Shown here piece after piece: positions 1 through 12,801 of a DNA stretch of 64,000 nucleotides. The translations under genes were made by a program, and so were the position numbers. Source of the stretch: the human T2T-CHM13v2.0 reference genome, Homo sapiens; assembly GCF_009914755.1 (NCBI RefSeq), contig NC_060940.1. One strand, given 5' to 3'. Under the pieces are notes generated by a model, which was not told the origin of the DNA, did no database searches, and saw only the letters and a list, made by a program, of their open reading frames with translations. The stretch's first letter is position 1. Each line of letters starts with the position of its first letter.

Positions 1-1
1 G

Positions 2-316
2 TTGAATTGATCCCTTTACCATTATGTAATGGCCTTCTTTGTCTCTTTTAATCTTTGTTGGTTTAAAGACTGTTTTATCAGAGACTAGGATTGCAACCCC
101 TGCCTTTTTTTGTTTTCCATTTGCTTGGTAGATCTTCCTCCATCCTTTTATTTTGAGCCTATGTGTGTCTCTGCACGTGAGATGGGTTTCCTGAATACAG
201 CACACTGATGGGTCTTGACTCTTTATCCAACTTGCCAGTCTGTGTCTTTTAATTGGAGAATTTAGTCCATTTACATTTAAAGTTAATATTGTTATGTGTG
301 AATTTGATCCTGTCAT
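2..316 (-). CDS. L1 ORF2p N-terminus (APE-like endonuclease), partial at window edge
   Basis: ATG at 316 gives MTGSNSHITILTLNVNGLNSPIKRHRLASWIKSQDPSVCCIQETH...; N14 and E43 present; no stop before the window edge. Confidence 0.95.
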   Translation of the reverse strand, partial: MTGSNSHITILTLNVNGLNSPIKRHRLASWIKSQDPSVCCIQETHLTCRDTHRLKIKGWRKIYQANGKQKKAGVAILVSDKTVFKPTKIKRDKEGHYIMVKGSIQ

Positions 317-379
317 TATGATATTAGCTGGCGATTTTGCTCGTTAGTTGATGCAGTTTCTTCCTAGTCTCGACGGTCT

Positions 380-1393
380 TTACATTTTGGCATGATTTTG
401 CAGCAGCTGGTACCGGTTGTTCCTTTCCATGTTTAGCGCTTCCTTCAGGAGCTCTTTTAGGGCAGGCCTGGTGGTGACAAAATCTCTCAGCATTTGCTTG
501 TCTGTAAAGGATTTTATTTCTCCTTCACTTATGAAGCTTAGTTTGGCTGGATATGAAATTCTGGGTTGAAAATTCTTTTCTTTAAGAATGTTGAATATTG
601 GCCCCCACTCTCTTCTGGCTTGTAGGGTTTCTGCCGAGAGATTCGCTGTTAGTCTGATGGGCTTCCCTTTGAGGGTAACCCGACCTTTCTCTCTGGCTGC
701 CCTTAACATTTTTTCCTTCATTTCAACTTTGGTGAATCTGACAATTATGTGTCTTGGAGTTGCTCTTCTCGGGGAGTATCTTTGTGGCGTTCTCTGTATT
801 TCCTGAATCTGAACGTTGGCCTGCCTTGCTAGATTGGGGAAGTTCTCCTGGATAATATCCTGCAGAGTGTTTTCCAACTTGGTTCCATTCTCCCTGTCAC
901 TTTCAGGTACACCAATCAGACGTAGATTTGGTCTTTTCACATAGTCCCATATTTCTTGGAGGCTTTGCTCATTTCTTTTTATTCTTTTTTCTCTAAACTT
1001 CCCTTCTCGCTTCATTTCATTCATTTCATCTTCCATTGCTGATACCCTTTCTTCCAGTTGATCGCATCGGCTCCTGAGGCTTCTGCATTCTTCACGTAGT
1101 TCTTGAGCCTTGGTTTTCAGCTCCATCAGCTCCTTTAACCACTTCTCTGTATTGGTTATTCTAGTTATACATTCTTCTAAATTTTTTTCAAAGTTTTCAA
1201 CTTCTTTGCCTTTGGTTTGAATGTCCTCCCGTAGCTCAGAGTAATTTGATCGTCTGAAGCCTTCTCTCAGCTCATCAAAGTCATTCTCCATCCAGCTTTG
1301 TTCTGTTGCTGGTGAGGAACTGCGTTCCTTTGGAGGAGGAGAGACGCTCTGCGTTTTAGAGTTTCCAGTTTTTCTGTTCTGTTTTTTCCCCAT
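380..1393 (-). CDS. L1 ORF1p (RNA-binding chaperone), 337 aa, uninterrupted
   Basis: MGKKQNRKTGNSKTQS...NHAKM; REKG, ARR and YPAKLS motifs intact; one Glu shorter than the 338-aa L1HS consensus. Confidence 0.97.
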   Translation of the reverse strand: MGKKQNRKTGNSKTQSVSPPPKERSSSPATEQSWMENDFDELREGFRRSNYSELREDIQTKGKEVENFEKNLEECITRITNTEKWLKELMELKTKAQELREECRSLRSRCDQLEERVSAMEDEMNEMKREGKFREKRIKRNEQSLQEIWDYVKRPNLRLIGVPESDRENGTKLENTLQDIIQENFPNLARQANVQIQEIQRTPQRYSPRRATPRHIIVRFTKVEMKEKMLRAAREKGRVTLKGKPIRLTANLSAETLQARREWGPIFNILKEKNFQPRISYPAKLSFISEGEIKSFTDKQMLRDFVTTRPALKELLKEALNMERNNRYQLLQNHAKM

Positions 1394-2298
1394 CTTTGTG
1401 GTTTTATCTACTTTTGGTCTTTGATGATGGTGATGTACAGATGGGTTTTCGGTGTGGATGTCCTTTCTGTTTGTTAGTTTTCCTCCTAACAGACAGGACC
1501 CTCAGCTGCAGGTCTGTTGGAATACCCTGCCGTGTGGGGTGTCAGTGTGCCCCTGCTGGGGAGTGCCTCCCAATTAGGCTGCTCGGGGGTCAGGGGTCAG
1601 GGACCCACTTGAGGAGGCAGTGTGCCAGTTCTCAGATCTCCAGCTGCGTGCTGGGAGAACCACTGCTTTCTTCAAAGCTGTCAGGCAGGGACATTTAAGT
1701 CTGCAGAGGTTACTGCTGTCTTTTTGTTTGTCTGTGCCCTGCCCCCAGAGGTGGAGCCTACAGTGGCAGGCAGGCCTCCTGGAGCTGTGGTGGGCTCCAC
1801 CCAGTTCGAGCTTCCCGGCTGCTTTGTTTACCTAAGCAAGCCTGGGCAATGGTGGGCGCCCCTCCCCCAGCCTCGCTGCTGCCTTGCAGTTTGATCTCAG
1901 ACTGCTGTGCTAGCAATCAGCGAGACTCCATGGGCGTAGGACCCTCCGAGCCAGGTGTGGGATATAGTCTCGTGGTGCGCCGTTTTTTAAGCCAGTCTGA
2001 AAAGCGCAATATTCGGGTGGGAGTGACCCGATTTTCCAGGTGCGTCTGTCACCCCTTTCTTTGACTCGGAAAGGGAACCCCCTGACCCCTTGCGCTTCCC
2101 AGGTAAGGCAATGCCTCGCCCTGCTTCGGCTCGCGCACGGTGCGCGCACCCACTGGCCTGCGCCCACTGTCTGGCACTCCCTAGTGAGATGAACCCGGTA
2201 CCTCAGATGGAAATGCAGAAATCACCCGTCTTCTGCGTCGCTCACGCTGGGAGCTGTAGACCGGAGCTGTTCCTATTCGGCCATCTTGGCTCCTCCCC
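1394..2298 (-). promoter_or_regulatory. L1 5'UTR internal sense and antisense promoter (CpG-rich), YY1 site
   Basis: CpG-dense 1900-2290; YY1 motif CAAGATGGCCG at 2288-2278. Confidence 0.9.
1849..2064 (+). CDS. L1 ORF0 (antisense 5'UTR ORF), intact 71 aa
   Basis: MVGAPPPASLLPCSLISDCCASNQRDS...HPFL, strong Kozak context GCAATGG, internal CAG|GT donor-like sites near 1955 and 2040. Confidence 0.9.
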   Translation: MVGAPPPASLLPCSLISDCCASNQRDSMGVGPSEPGVGYSLVVRRFLSQSEKRNIRVGVTRFSRCVCHPFL

Positions 2299-2339
2299 GA
2301 GAATCCTCCATTCTTATAAGTGGGAAACAGGCCTCTACC

Positions 2340-2660
2340 TTCCACTAAATAAGCCAGAATCTCGATTTTCTTATCTGTAAAATGATGATAATCATAATCG
2401 TCCCTGCCTTACAGTGTTATTGTGAGAACCAAGTCACCAAATTGATGAAAAGCTCTAAATCCCATCCTACAGTTACCCCCTAGTAGATGTTAACTGTTAT
2501 GATGATCACTAACAATAGTGAGAACGAATGAGTGCTAGTTTATGCCAAGCACTGTGCTAAGCACTTCACTTGAAGTGTGGGCTTTAGTTCTTGCAGTAAC
2601 CCCAAGAGGAGGTGCCGTTGTTGTTCTGTACTAGTGTGCAGATGAGGAGCTGGGTAAAAG
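2340..2660. mobile_element. MIR SINE relics (two, opposite orientations); representative of many MIRs in the window
   Basis: MIR core-like text: ttttcttatctgtaaaatga; gccaagcactgtgctaagcactt...cagatgaggagctg. Confidence 0.6.
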
Positions 2661-3754
2661 CACCCCTAAGGGAGCAAAAATTGGCTCCTGGTTGGGGGGG
2701 GGTAAATGCAAGAAAATCACCCTTTTTATGGATAAAGCACAGAAAGACATATAGTCCATAAACGACTGTACAGTGGAGCTGCGCTATTAACATTTAATGA
2801 GCAGGGGGAGGTGGAAGGCAATAGGGGAAAAATGTCTGCAAAACCTCTTTAGAAAGGTGATGATGAAAACAGGGTTGAGAAATCGGAAATCAGATGGAAG
2901 GTTTGGGAAGCCAAATTGCAGGCAGATCCATCCCCAGCCCATACTGCGTGCAAGTAATCAAGGCTAGAACTTCTAAACTCGCATCCTTTCACCCAACCCC
3001 AAGATCAAGAACCGGCAGGGAGAACCAAACCTTCCCATGGTGACCTTGGAAGAAATGAGCCCAACATCTAGGAAATTACTTTGAACTTAGAAGAAAGGTT
3101 CCATGCAGACCCAGAGGGTGGTTGTTATTCTTGACACCAATGGTGCAGTCCCAGATTGTCCTGGGAATCAAGTCCCAAGCTTTTCTTTGGCCTGTGAAAG
3201 GACAGGGGAGCACAGGCCTGGGGGACAGAGCCTGTAGATGCCTACCCTGATCTCTGTGAGAAGCTGAGAGCCAGCTAATGGCACGGGTGAGTTTAGGTCT
3301 TGGTTAGCCCTCGGATGTCTGGGGAAAGGCTGACAGGGCTAAATCCTCCTGGAAACACTTCCCAAAGGACTGAAAGCTTTTCCATCCCTATCGCCTTAGC
3401 TGCTAACCTCTGGGCACTGAGCTTCTAATTGGAGGAAGGGGTACCGTGAGGGCTGGCAGGCTGCAGCCGTAAGATGGGAAACTCCACTGGAGCTGCAATG
3501 ATGGTCGCAGAATGACTAATTCCTGCCACCCCACCCCCATGTATGTGAACAAAACCATTCAGCAAAAGTAAAAATCAACCAGGAACTTACTTACAGGCAA
3601 CATTTTACAATATACTAAGTCATTTTATATCCATCATAGCCATGAGACATCATTGCCATCAATATTATTATAATTAGAAAAGTCAGGGAAGAGGGACAGC
3701 AGAACCTCAGCTCAAAACAGCTAGGGGTTTTTCTCCAGAGGGACCCGGTAGACT

Positions 3755-4015
3755 AGAGACTTTCAAACTGTTTTTGGTTGTGACTAAACTTGGAGATACA
3801 TTTTACATTGTAAACAGGTACGTGCACATGTGTATATGTCAAACTAAATAAAAGTGTTCTGAAATAATACTTGTCCTTCATGTGAACCATGTGCTTCAAT
3901 GTTTTCTATGATAGTTGAGGGTAGACTATTTTTAAGGTGCTCATGATCCCCTAAAACGATTTCATGGGTCACAAGTCATCATGGGTCACAAGTCTAGATT
4001 CAAACCACACTGTCA
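3755..4015. mobile_element. hAT-Charlie-type DNA transposon relic with an internal 17-bp tandem duplication (3962-3994)
   Basis: Terminal-like ctttcaaactgttt...accacactg; tcatgggtcacaagtc occurs twice in tandem. Confidence 0.45.
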
Positions 4016-4549
4016 ATGAATACCAGTTACTCCCTAAGACAGTGAGACCCAGGAGGAAAGAATCTGGATTCTGTGGTCAGAACTCTGTGGTCCAAGCTCC
4101 AAAATTAACAGTCACTGCTGTGGAGATTTCAGCCAAGTTCTTCACTTCTCTAATCCAGATGTTCCTCACTAGCCAGTTGGGAATAATGTGTGTAGGACCC
4201 AGCCCCAAAGACTGCTTTGAATGTGCAGTGAAATAATGCCTATGAGGCACTCATCACATGCTTGACATACAGAAAGCAGCCACTGCATTGTTATTGTCAT
4301 CACTATTACTGTTGCTATTGTGGTTGTGTTGCCTTTAATGAATATAGAAGGTGGCACGTGCACCAAATTGTGGTCATTTGGGAACTCAAGGCTGGATAAA
4401 GCAGAGGTAGAAATAAAGCCCGGCCCAAAGAGAGAGGAAGATGTGTCCCAGTAAAAAGCAAGAACAAGGAAAGCATCCTAGATGAAGAGAGACATGATGA
4501 GGAGCCCCAGGGTGGATGAACGGAAGGGGTTGTTATCCCCACCACAAGG

Positions 4550-4550
<1 letters not shown>

Positions 4551-4602
<52 letters not shown>
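4551..4602. repeat. (TG)26 microsatellite
   Basis: Perfect TG run. Confidence 0.99.
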
Positions 4603-4608
<6 letters not shown>

Positions 4609-5309
4609 AGAGAATGAGAGAGGAGAGAGAGCAGAGAGAGAGGTGGGTGTGTGGGAAATATTTGGCTTCAGAAATCCTCACATACAAAATATTTTTCTTT
4701 TGTTGCAGGAGTCCCAGGCCTGTTTGTTTGTAGATGGCAGCAAGTTGCAAAACAAATTCCAGAAGAGACTGCTATGGCCCAGGCAAACCTGGAAGCTTGT
4801 AATGCACTAATCGAAAATTATACACTTCATTTTCTGACTGCCAACTCCTGTCCAAAGATTATCTTAAATACAGTTCTGGGTGCACAGCTTGCCTGACTCC
4901 TGACTCACAGGCTGTGTTTAGTGAGCAGCCGAAATTGTTGGTGAACCTGCAAAAATAGCCAGTTCGACCTGCAAATCACTGCGTTCAGGCCAGAAGCTGC
5001 ATGCCAGGCCCTCGCCTCTGCCCTCACCCCACAGGACAGATAGTCCAGGTGCTCCTAGGAGCCAGGCTGTCAGAGAGTGTGAGTGTGCATGCATGGGTGT
5101 GCATGTGTGAATGAATGTGTGTACATGTGCTCTCACATGCCCACGTGGAGAGCAGCAAAAACAAATGGCTCCCAGGAGCAGTGAAGGAGGAGGCTGTTTT
5201 TCACTGAGTGAGGTGGTTGCTGCTTGTACCTGAGACCCAGGACTGGAAAGGAAGAACCAAAAATCCCGATGATCATCGTCATCATAGTAATATAAAAAGG
5301 ACCAGCATT

Positions 5310-5505
5310 TGTTGAGTAATTACTTGGAGCCAGGCACTGTGCTAAACTCTTTAATTGAAAAAACACATTTACTCTTCCCAACAACTGTATGAGACAGCTG
5401 TTACTATCACACCCACTTTACAGAAGAGGAATCTGGGGCTCAGAGAAGTGAAGCAGCCAGCCCAAGGTCAAGCGCCTGGTCAGTGGCCGAGCAAGGATTT
5501 GGACA
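5310..5505 (-). mobile_element. MIR SINE
   Basis: ccaggcactgtgctaa...cccactttacagaagaggaatctggggctcagagaagtgaag. Confidence 0.7.
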
Positions 5506-7119
5506 ATTTGACTGAAAGCATCGTCTTCAGGGAGGCAGCCGACAGATGCGTTTTCCATCTGGGAGAAGGTGGTTTTTCTGAACTGGGCTCAGAGCTGTTC
5601 CAGGTTCCATCCTGAGATGCAAAGAGGTTGCTGACACCTTCAGGCAGGTTCCAGTGGTGGGGCAGGCAAGGAGGAGAGCTAGCACAGCTTGCTTGAATGC
5701 TGTCCTTCCAATAAGCACAAAGAGGGCAATATCTGAGCTGGAATGGCTCTTTGGCTTCTCAGATAGGGACAAAATTGAGACCCAGGAAGGGAAAGTCACT
5801 TGCTCAGGGGCACACAGCAAGTAAGTGGCTAAGCCGAGATGAGAATCTACGTTGACAGACTCCCAGTCTAGAATGTTCCCAGCAACATAATAAACATGGA
5901 TTAAGTATGTATCATCCACAAGAAACTGTGCTAAGTATGTGGTATTAGCTCAGTTATTTCTCACAACAATCTGTTATGTCCTATTATGATCCCTATTTTA
6001 CAGAGGGGGAAGAGATGGCACAGAGAGGTTGAGCAACTTTCTCGAGATGGCACAGCCAGGAAATGCGCTATGTCCTTCATAGCCAAAGTAGGAGCTATTG
6101 TCCTACCCTGTTACCCTCCCATCTCATTTGTCCACAACTGCCTGTTCTCTCCCTACCCCTACCTGCTTCCTGAAGAAACCACATGGTTCTCTCCTGGCCT
6201 TGATCTCAAGGAGTTTGGTCTGGACTGGGTGTAGAAGGAAGCCCAGAAGACTCTAAACAGATGCAGTTGTCCCCATTCCTCATCAAGCTGTGTATGGCCG
6301 GCCACCCAGTGACCTCAAAGCCAATGTCAACCGGATCTGATAGGCTCAGCTACATGTGTAGCTGGGCGTAGCTCTGGGACTCATCTGTAAGACGTGACTA
6401 ACAGCTTCACACCCTCCAAAGCATTCCATTTTGAATCAGGTGTCACCTGAGATGGAAAAGGCTTTTGTTTAATTTGGGTTATCTGGGTGGCAGTTGTATT
6501 TTTTTTTTAACTTCACTCTACCCTTTTTTATAGCTGTAGATAATCTTTCTTTCTGTAGACAGGCCGAGAAATGTAACCATATTTATGGGTCAGGCTTTGC
6601 ACACAGTCATCATTCAGAGAGTGGAGACAGAGCAGTAACTCTCTGGGCAGGGATGGCACCCTTGTGGGCTCTATTTTTTCTCCCCAGAGCTCATGGAGTG
6701 GAGGGTGGGTGAAGGCGACACCTTCAAGAGGAGAATAGAAAATGAGATTTTAGCCCAGGTACAAGGAGAGCAAAAACAGAATGAGAAGGAGTGTGTGGAG
6801 GCTGAGGACAGACCTGGGAGAGGTGTTTAATGACGTCTCACCTGCCTCAGTGTTTGACCTGCCCAGTGCAGGAGACAGAAGCAAAAGGTTCCTTCAGGCC
6901 TCAGGCTCTGGAGACAGACACTTGAGCTAGAATCACGATGATTAACTTACTAGCCATGCTACTCTGAGCAAGTGACTTAGCTTCTCTAGCTCTCCATTTC
7001 CTCAGCTACAAAATGAAGATGTTAAAAACGCACCATGGGATTATTACAAAGATATGTAACTTGAGCATTGTGCCTGGTGCACCAGGAGTATTCAAAAATG
7101 TTAGGTGTTATTTGCATGC

Positions 7120-7405
7120 ACGTGGATGAGATTCAGAACATCATGCTGAGTGAAAGAAGCCAGACACAAAGCAGGGCATTGGTTTCAAATTACAGAAGAG
7201 ACAAAACTAGACTATGGTAAAAGAAATCACAACAGTGGTTATCACTGAGGTGGGAGATGGGGAGGCGTTGACTAGGAAGGGGTGCAAAGGATCTCCCTTG
7301 GGTGATGGTACTGTTCTGTCTCGATAGAGATGTGCATGCATTGAACTGCATGCTTAAGATCTGTAAATGTTACTATATATAAATTATACTCCCATAAAAA
7401 ATTAT
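7120..7405 (+). mobile_element. Old L1 (L1MC/L1ME-like) 3'UTR fragment
   Basis: catggatga...atgctgagtgaaagaagccagacacaaa...gtaaattatact pattern. Confidence 0.65.
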
Positions 7406-7447
7406 CAGAGAAAAACAGAATTATTATTCTATTTATGCTTAACATTT

Positions 7448-7803
7448 TGTGTCCCAGTATAACGTCCTTTTTTTGTTTTAAATAAACAACAGGAAAAAAA
7501 ATTTATTTCTCACAGTTCTAGAGGCTGAGAAGTCCAAGATCAAGGTACCAGCATTTGGCATCTGGTGAGGGCCTTCTTGCTGTGTACTCCAGAGGGAAGG
7601 AGTGCTATGTCCTTACATGGCAGAAGGCAGAAGGCAAGAGAGCCAGGCCTGCATGAAGCCTCTTTTAGAGGGGGCTTAATTTCATTCATGAGGAGATCAT
7701 CATGACCTAATCACCTCTTAAGGGCTCTACTTCTTAATATCTTTACATTGGCAATTAAGTTTCAACACCTGAATTTTGGAGGGGACACATTCAAACCATA
7801 GTA
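7448..7803 (-). mobile_element. MaLR solo LTR (MSTD/MLT1A-like)
   Basis: tttatttctcacagttctagaggctgagaagtccaagatcaagg...ttcaaaccatag. Confidence 0.8.
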
Positions 7804-8574
7804 CACAGTGTGCTCAGAGAGTAGGGAACATGAAGGGAGAGGCTAGCAGGCCTGTGTTGTCCTGGAGGCAATGTGGCACTTTACAAGGTATGTGGATAAA
7901 TAATGCTCAGAGTTGCATCTCAGAAAAGTAATGTAGGAGCACAGAGGATTGATTGGAAAGGGAAAGACTGGGGTATGTAACAGTCCAGGGAAAAGATGGT
8001 GATGGCCTGGACAGAGTGTTTTCCTTGCTTCCCATGCGGCTAACACAGCCCTCTTCTGATCACCTGGGCACATCCCTGGCACGTATCTAATCAAACTCAC
8101 ACTCACATAACCAGAACAGAGTGCAACTTGAATTCTCAGACTTCCTACACTGGACTTCCAGATCCTAAAAGGGAGACCTGAAGCATGCCCCATACTCACA
8201 AATGTGTTGTTGAATGAGCATGAACAAGTGAAGAGATAAGTGAATGCATGTCACGCACACATGCACAGGGAAGCACAGATAAGAGACGCATCCAAAGAGT
8301 AAGGTGACCTAGAGGTATGTTACAGACCAAGTCTGGGTCTATGCACAGACCTGCCTGATTCCAACAAGACCAATAGTGTCTAGCATTTAGTGGGAACCTA
8401 CTCTACACATGTATACAAATTCCACTTAAATTCCCCCAGAGTAGGTGTATATTTTATTTCTGATAGAAAATTGGAGAGCATCTCCTAACCCCACATTTCA
8501 CTGAGGCAGAAATCAGTCCAAGGCTCATATCTAATACATGAATAAATGAGCTCATTCATTCTTTGCTCACAAGT

Positions 8575-8706
8575 AACTGGGACTAGAGGAGCATGCCATC
8601 ACACCTGGCTAATTAAAAAAAAATTTTTTTTTAGAGACAGGGTCTCACTATGCTGTCCAGGCTGGTCCCAAACTCCTGGCTTCAACTGATCCTCCTGTCT
8701 CAGTCT
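8575..8706 (-). mobile_element. Alu left-monomer/FLAM fragment
   Basis: agagacagggtctcactatgctgtccaggctggtcccaaactcctgg. Confidence 0.8.
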
Positions 8707-11700
8707 TTCCTTTTTAAAGGCAACCTCAATTAGTTTCAAAAATCCTCCTCTTATCTGTTTTGTTATTAAAGAAAATCCAATTTCTTAATGAGGAATCCTT
8801 CAGTGGTGGACACCAAGCTAGATTAAACATAAAGAGGGATGCATTGACTCTCTTAGCTGGAAAGTCCAGGGATAGTTTGGCTTCAGGAACAGCTGGATTC
8901 AGAGGCTCTCTTCGTCTCCCAACCTACTTTCCATCACATCGTCCTCATCCTCGGGGAGCTTTCCTGTGCGTGGTGGCCAGAGGGCTGTTGTGGCTCTGGA
9001 CTTACCAACCAGCAGGTCAGCACAAGAGTGGGGGCCTCTTTGTGGGCCACTTCTGTAAAACCCTCGGGTTGATTGATGAGTCTTATTGGATGGGGAATGA
9101 GAGAAGGGTTTTCCAAAGAGCCATCAGTCAAAAATGGTGTAGTTTCAGGAGGCATTTTTATTGTTGTGACTGCTGATCTTGTTATCAAACCCTCCAACCA
9201 GTACAAGTAAATGAATAGACTGAATTGAATTGAGAACCAACCCAAGCAAAATTGAATAAATTTCAAACCATCAGTGGTCTTTTTAGGTGAGACAATACTT
9301 GAACTGTCCTAAGCTCCAAGCTAAGAATTAAAGGACATTGTTTCTTATTGGTGTCTCTGCTGCCTCGTTTCTCTGTCCTGATATCTCTTCTCCAGTCATG
9401 CACTACCTTCAGGTGTTTGGAGACCCTCATTTGGGGGCCAAAATAACATTGCAGTTTTGACACCAGGTAAGTTTTACTCTCTTTTCCTTCTAAGACAAGA
9501 CACATATTACATACCCTAAGGATATTTTCACCCTTAAAAAGTCTCTCTAGGTTCAATACTGATTGTCTTCCCCCTACTCACTGAGTATAGTTGTTTTTAC
9601 TCCTCCTGATGAGTGTGACAAGTGTGTGACCTTGGGATGTCATTAACTTCTCTAAAAAGGGGAAGACTTTATCTTTCCAGCATGCCTCATGGGATCATAA
9701 GATCCAGAGAAGCTAATGCAAGTGAAGATATTTTGAAAATCACAAGTCCTTGGAGTAAGAGTTACAAGAAGGAATTTCAAATGTACAGACAGAAAGACCC
9801 TCATCTTGACCCTTAGCCCCCTGCAGGCTGCCAAGGTGGGTTTTGTTGGCTATGGCCCTGAAGGAGAAACTTGCTGAAGGAGAAACTTGCTGTCCTTATA
9901 AGCCCCAACCCAAGACTGAGCAGAAAGATGTTCATTTAACTCTGTTGGGGCCAGGGTGGGGGGTGGGTTGTGGCCTTGAAAACCCTGCCACTCCCCATGC
10001 CCTCTGTCCAGCTCCTACAAGGTCCTTTAACATATCCAGGACAAAATTTAAACTGTATGTACCCTCTGACTCAGAAAATCTCCCTTACTAAAGTATTCAT
10101 TTGTGCATTCTGAGACACATGTAAAAGAGGGCTCATTGTATCACATTTGTAATAAAAACACCACACAATGCATTTATTAAGCATTTATAATGAAGGAGAG
10201 TGTTAAATACATTAAGCATTTATTAAGAAGGAGAGTGTTAAATATATTAAGGTACGTCTGAATTATGAAATGCTTGGCAGTCCCCAAAAAAGAATGAAGC
10301 TTTGGTCTAAGCTCTGATATGGAGCAGGGCCATACAATGTTTATTTTGTTTCATGGAAAAAGTAGGTTTCATAAGAAATCCTTCATTTATTCATTCAACA
10401 TCAATAAACATGATTGGCCATCTACTAATGCCAGGCCCTCTCCCAAGAATGCAACAGCGAATGACACAGACACAGTCCTTGTTCTCAAGGGGCCTATATT
10501 TGGTGTAAAAAACTCCTGGTGCCACATTCTCAGAAAATGGCTGCTTGCAGTGACTACCCCAGAATGAGATTCAAGGAAGGGCATAGAGGCACGGGGGAAG
10601 GAGGAGGGTGGCGTTTTCACTTCGTCCATTATACATTTCTATGCTGTTTGAATTATTTTTACAATGTGCATTTATCAGTTTGTAATTTTTGTAAAACCAA
10701 TAGAGGAAACAAAATAAATGAATTGTGTGCACATGTGAGCACACACCATCCATAAACAGCCAGGCTGGGAGAAGACCAGGAGAGGGCAGGAGAGAATCCG
10801 CATGAGAGACCGATTCCCTGTGACCAGCAGCTGGAAGGGAATTGCTCCTGGAGGGAGCAAGTTGCTAAAGTGCTCCTTCCTCTGAGTGCTGGGACTCAGG
10901 CCCCTGGGGCCCTGCATACAGAGGAGGCAGAAACCAGCTCTCATGCCCTGTGCCCATTTTGCAATAGGAGGTAGGTTCTGCCCAAATCTGAGAGGGAAAC
11001 CCTCACCTGGACTCCATCATCTTGTCCTGGCCCCATCCCTGCTTCTTCCAGGCACAGGACAACCTGTGCCCCTTGCAAAACACAGAGGTCAAGGGCTAGC
11101 AATACAGCTCATGGGCCATGGAACCCCAGGCAACTCCCTTCACCTCTCTGGGCCTCAGCATTCTCATCTATAAAATGAAGAGGCTGATGATGATAGTTGT
11201 GGTGAGGATTCAGTGAGTTAAAACATGGCAAGTCCTTAGAGGAGTGCCCAGCACACAGCAAGAGTTCAAGAAGTGTTTGGCATCCTCAGAGCTGTTGTTG
11301 TTAGTATTGCCTCCCACCAGAACTATCCTCCAACGCCATAAACAGAACAAGGTTTCTAGCTGTTTCCGCTGGGCCCCAGTGGCTTTGGGATATCATTCTC
11401 ATCCAGTAAATCGGCCCTCTGCATTGGGCATCTCAGATCCAGAGGGCCTTGAAGATCCCACAGTCCAATCTCCCACTTTACAGATGCAACCACTGAGGCC
11501 CAGGGAGACCAAACTTGAGCTCCTGAAGCTCACTGCGAATATAGTGGGGAAGGTGTATGTGGGTGGATTCATCCCTCTGCCTCTGTGTTGAAAGGGGTGT
11601 TGGTAGAAAGAGAAGCTCTGAGCAAGTACTTAGTTTGATTTCTGCACCAAAGCAATCTTGCTGGGACAGGTGGATTCTAAACACCATATCCTGTAGTGTA

Positions 11701-11809
11701 ATAACAATGCTATTAAAATTTTCCTGTGATTTAGTAATATTGTCCTGTGAATATGCTTAAATGCAAATTTCTTGCTGTTACATGAATTTACATGTATTTT
11801 ATGCACTTT

Positions 11810-12070
11810 TAAAAACTTTTTATTTTGAAATAATTTCAGACTTAATGAGTTACAAAGATAGCAGAGTTTCTACCTACCCTTCATCCAACCTCCCCTAACA
11901 TTAACGTCTTGCGTAACCACAGTACAAAGATCAAAACTAAGAAATCAACATTGATGCAATATTGGTAACTAAATTACGGACTTTTTTTTGGATTTTCTTT
12001 TCCTCTTCCAGGATCCAGTGTAGGATACCATGTGGCACGCAGTCCTTGTGGCTCCTTAATCTCTAATGTG
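11810..12070 (-). mobile_element. Old L1 (L1MC-like) 3' end fragment
   Basis: actttttattttgaaataatttcagactt...caggatccagtgtaggatacca. Confidence 0.6.
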
Positions 12071-12801
12071 CACTTCACATAGGCCAACCTTTTAGGACAC
12101 AGGGCAAGGCAGAAAAAAAAAACGAGTCAGTCCGCAGGGGTAAATGGATATAGCCTGGCTTACCGCCCAACCTAAACTGTGTGCACTACCCTCCCAAGCC
12201 TGTCATTTTGCCATTTCTCCTCCGCCACATCATACATTTACCATAATCAGATACGGTCTTGTTTATTTATTGCTTGTTTATTGTTTACCTTCCCCCAGTA
12301 TAATGGGATTTCCATGGCAAAGGGACCTGGACCATCCCATCCACTACTGTATTCATAGTCCCTGTTCACATAGTACACATAGTAGCTATTCAATAAATAT
12401 TTATACATGAATAAATAAATGAATCAATCAATATTTAGAGGCCAAACCCCGTGTTGAGAAAAAACCCACAGCAGTTTTTTCTCCCTTCAGAATGCTTCTG
12501 TGGCTGGGATAATTTGTGCCATTCTAGAGTGAGAATTTCTCATGTCAGCCTCCCGCCAGCACCTCTGGTTCACCTGGCACCGCTCCTCCTCATACTCCCC
12601 ATCAGCCTGGCTGAGCTGACTCCTGGAACTGCAGTGGGATTCACCTGTTGGTGCTTCTGCCATCTTTCTCAAGCTCCCATCTTCAATATCCAGCCCCGCC
12701 TGCTGCCCCTGGTGCCTCTCTGGTGTCAGCCGCCCTTCCTACCCTTGTCATTCCTCTCTGCAGGCAGGTGCACCTTGACTCCCAGGGCTCACCTATTTCT
12801 C

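Larger units (their letters stand above)
1..2298 (-). mobile_element. Young LINE-1 (L1PA2/L1HS-like), 5' 2.3 kb; continues beyond the left edge
   Basis: Minus strand starts GGGGAGGAGCCAAGATGGCCGAATAGG at 2298; ~905-nt 5'UTR, ORF1, 63-nt spacer, ORF2 start. Candidate TSD AAGAATGGAGGATTCTC (2315-2299) after T/AAGA; second copy is outside the window. Confidence 0.98.

Noticed and set aside
3240-3325. Faint resemblance to a 5S rRNA-derived SINE head (ctgatctc...gaagct...tggttag...ggatg)
   Set aside because: Alignment needs several gaps; not distinguishable from chance by eye
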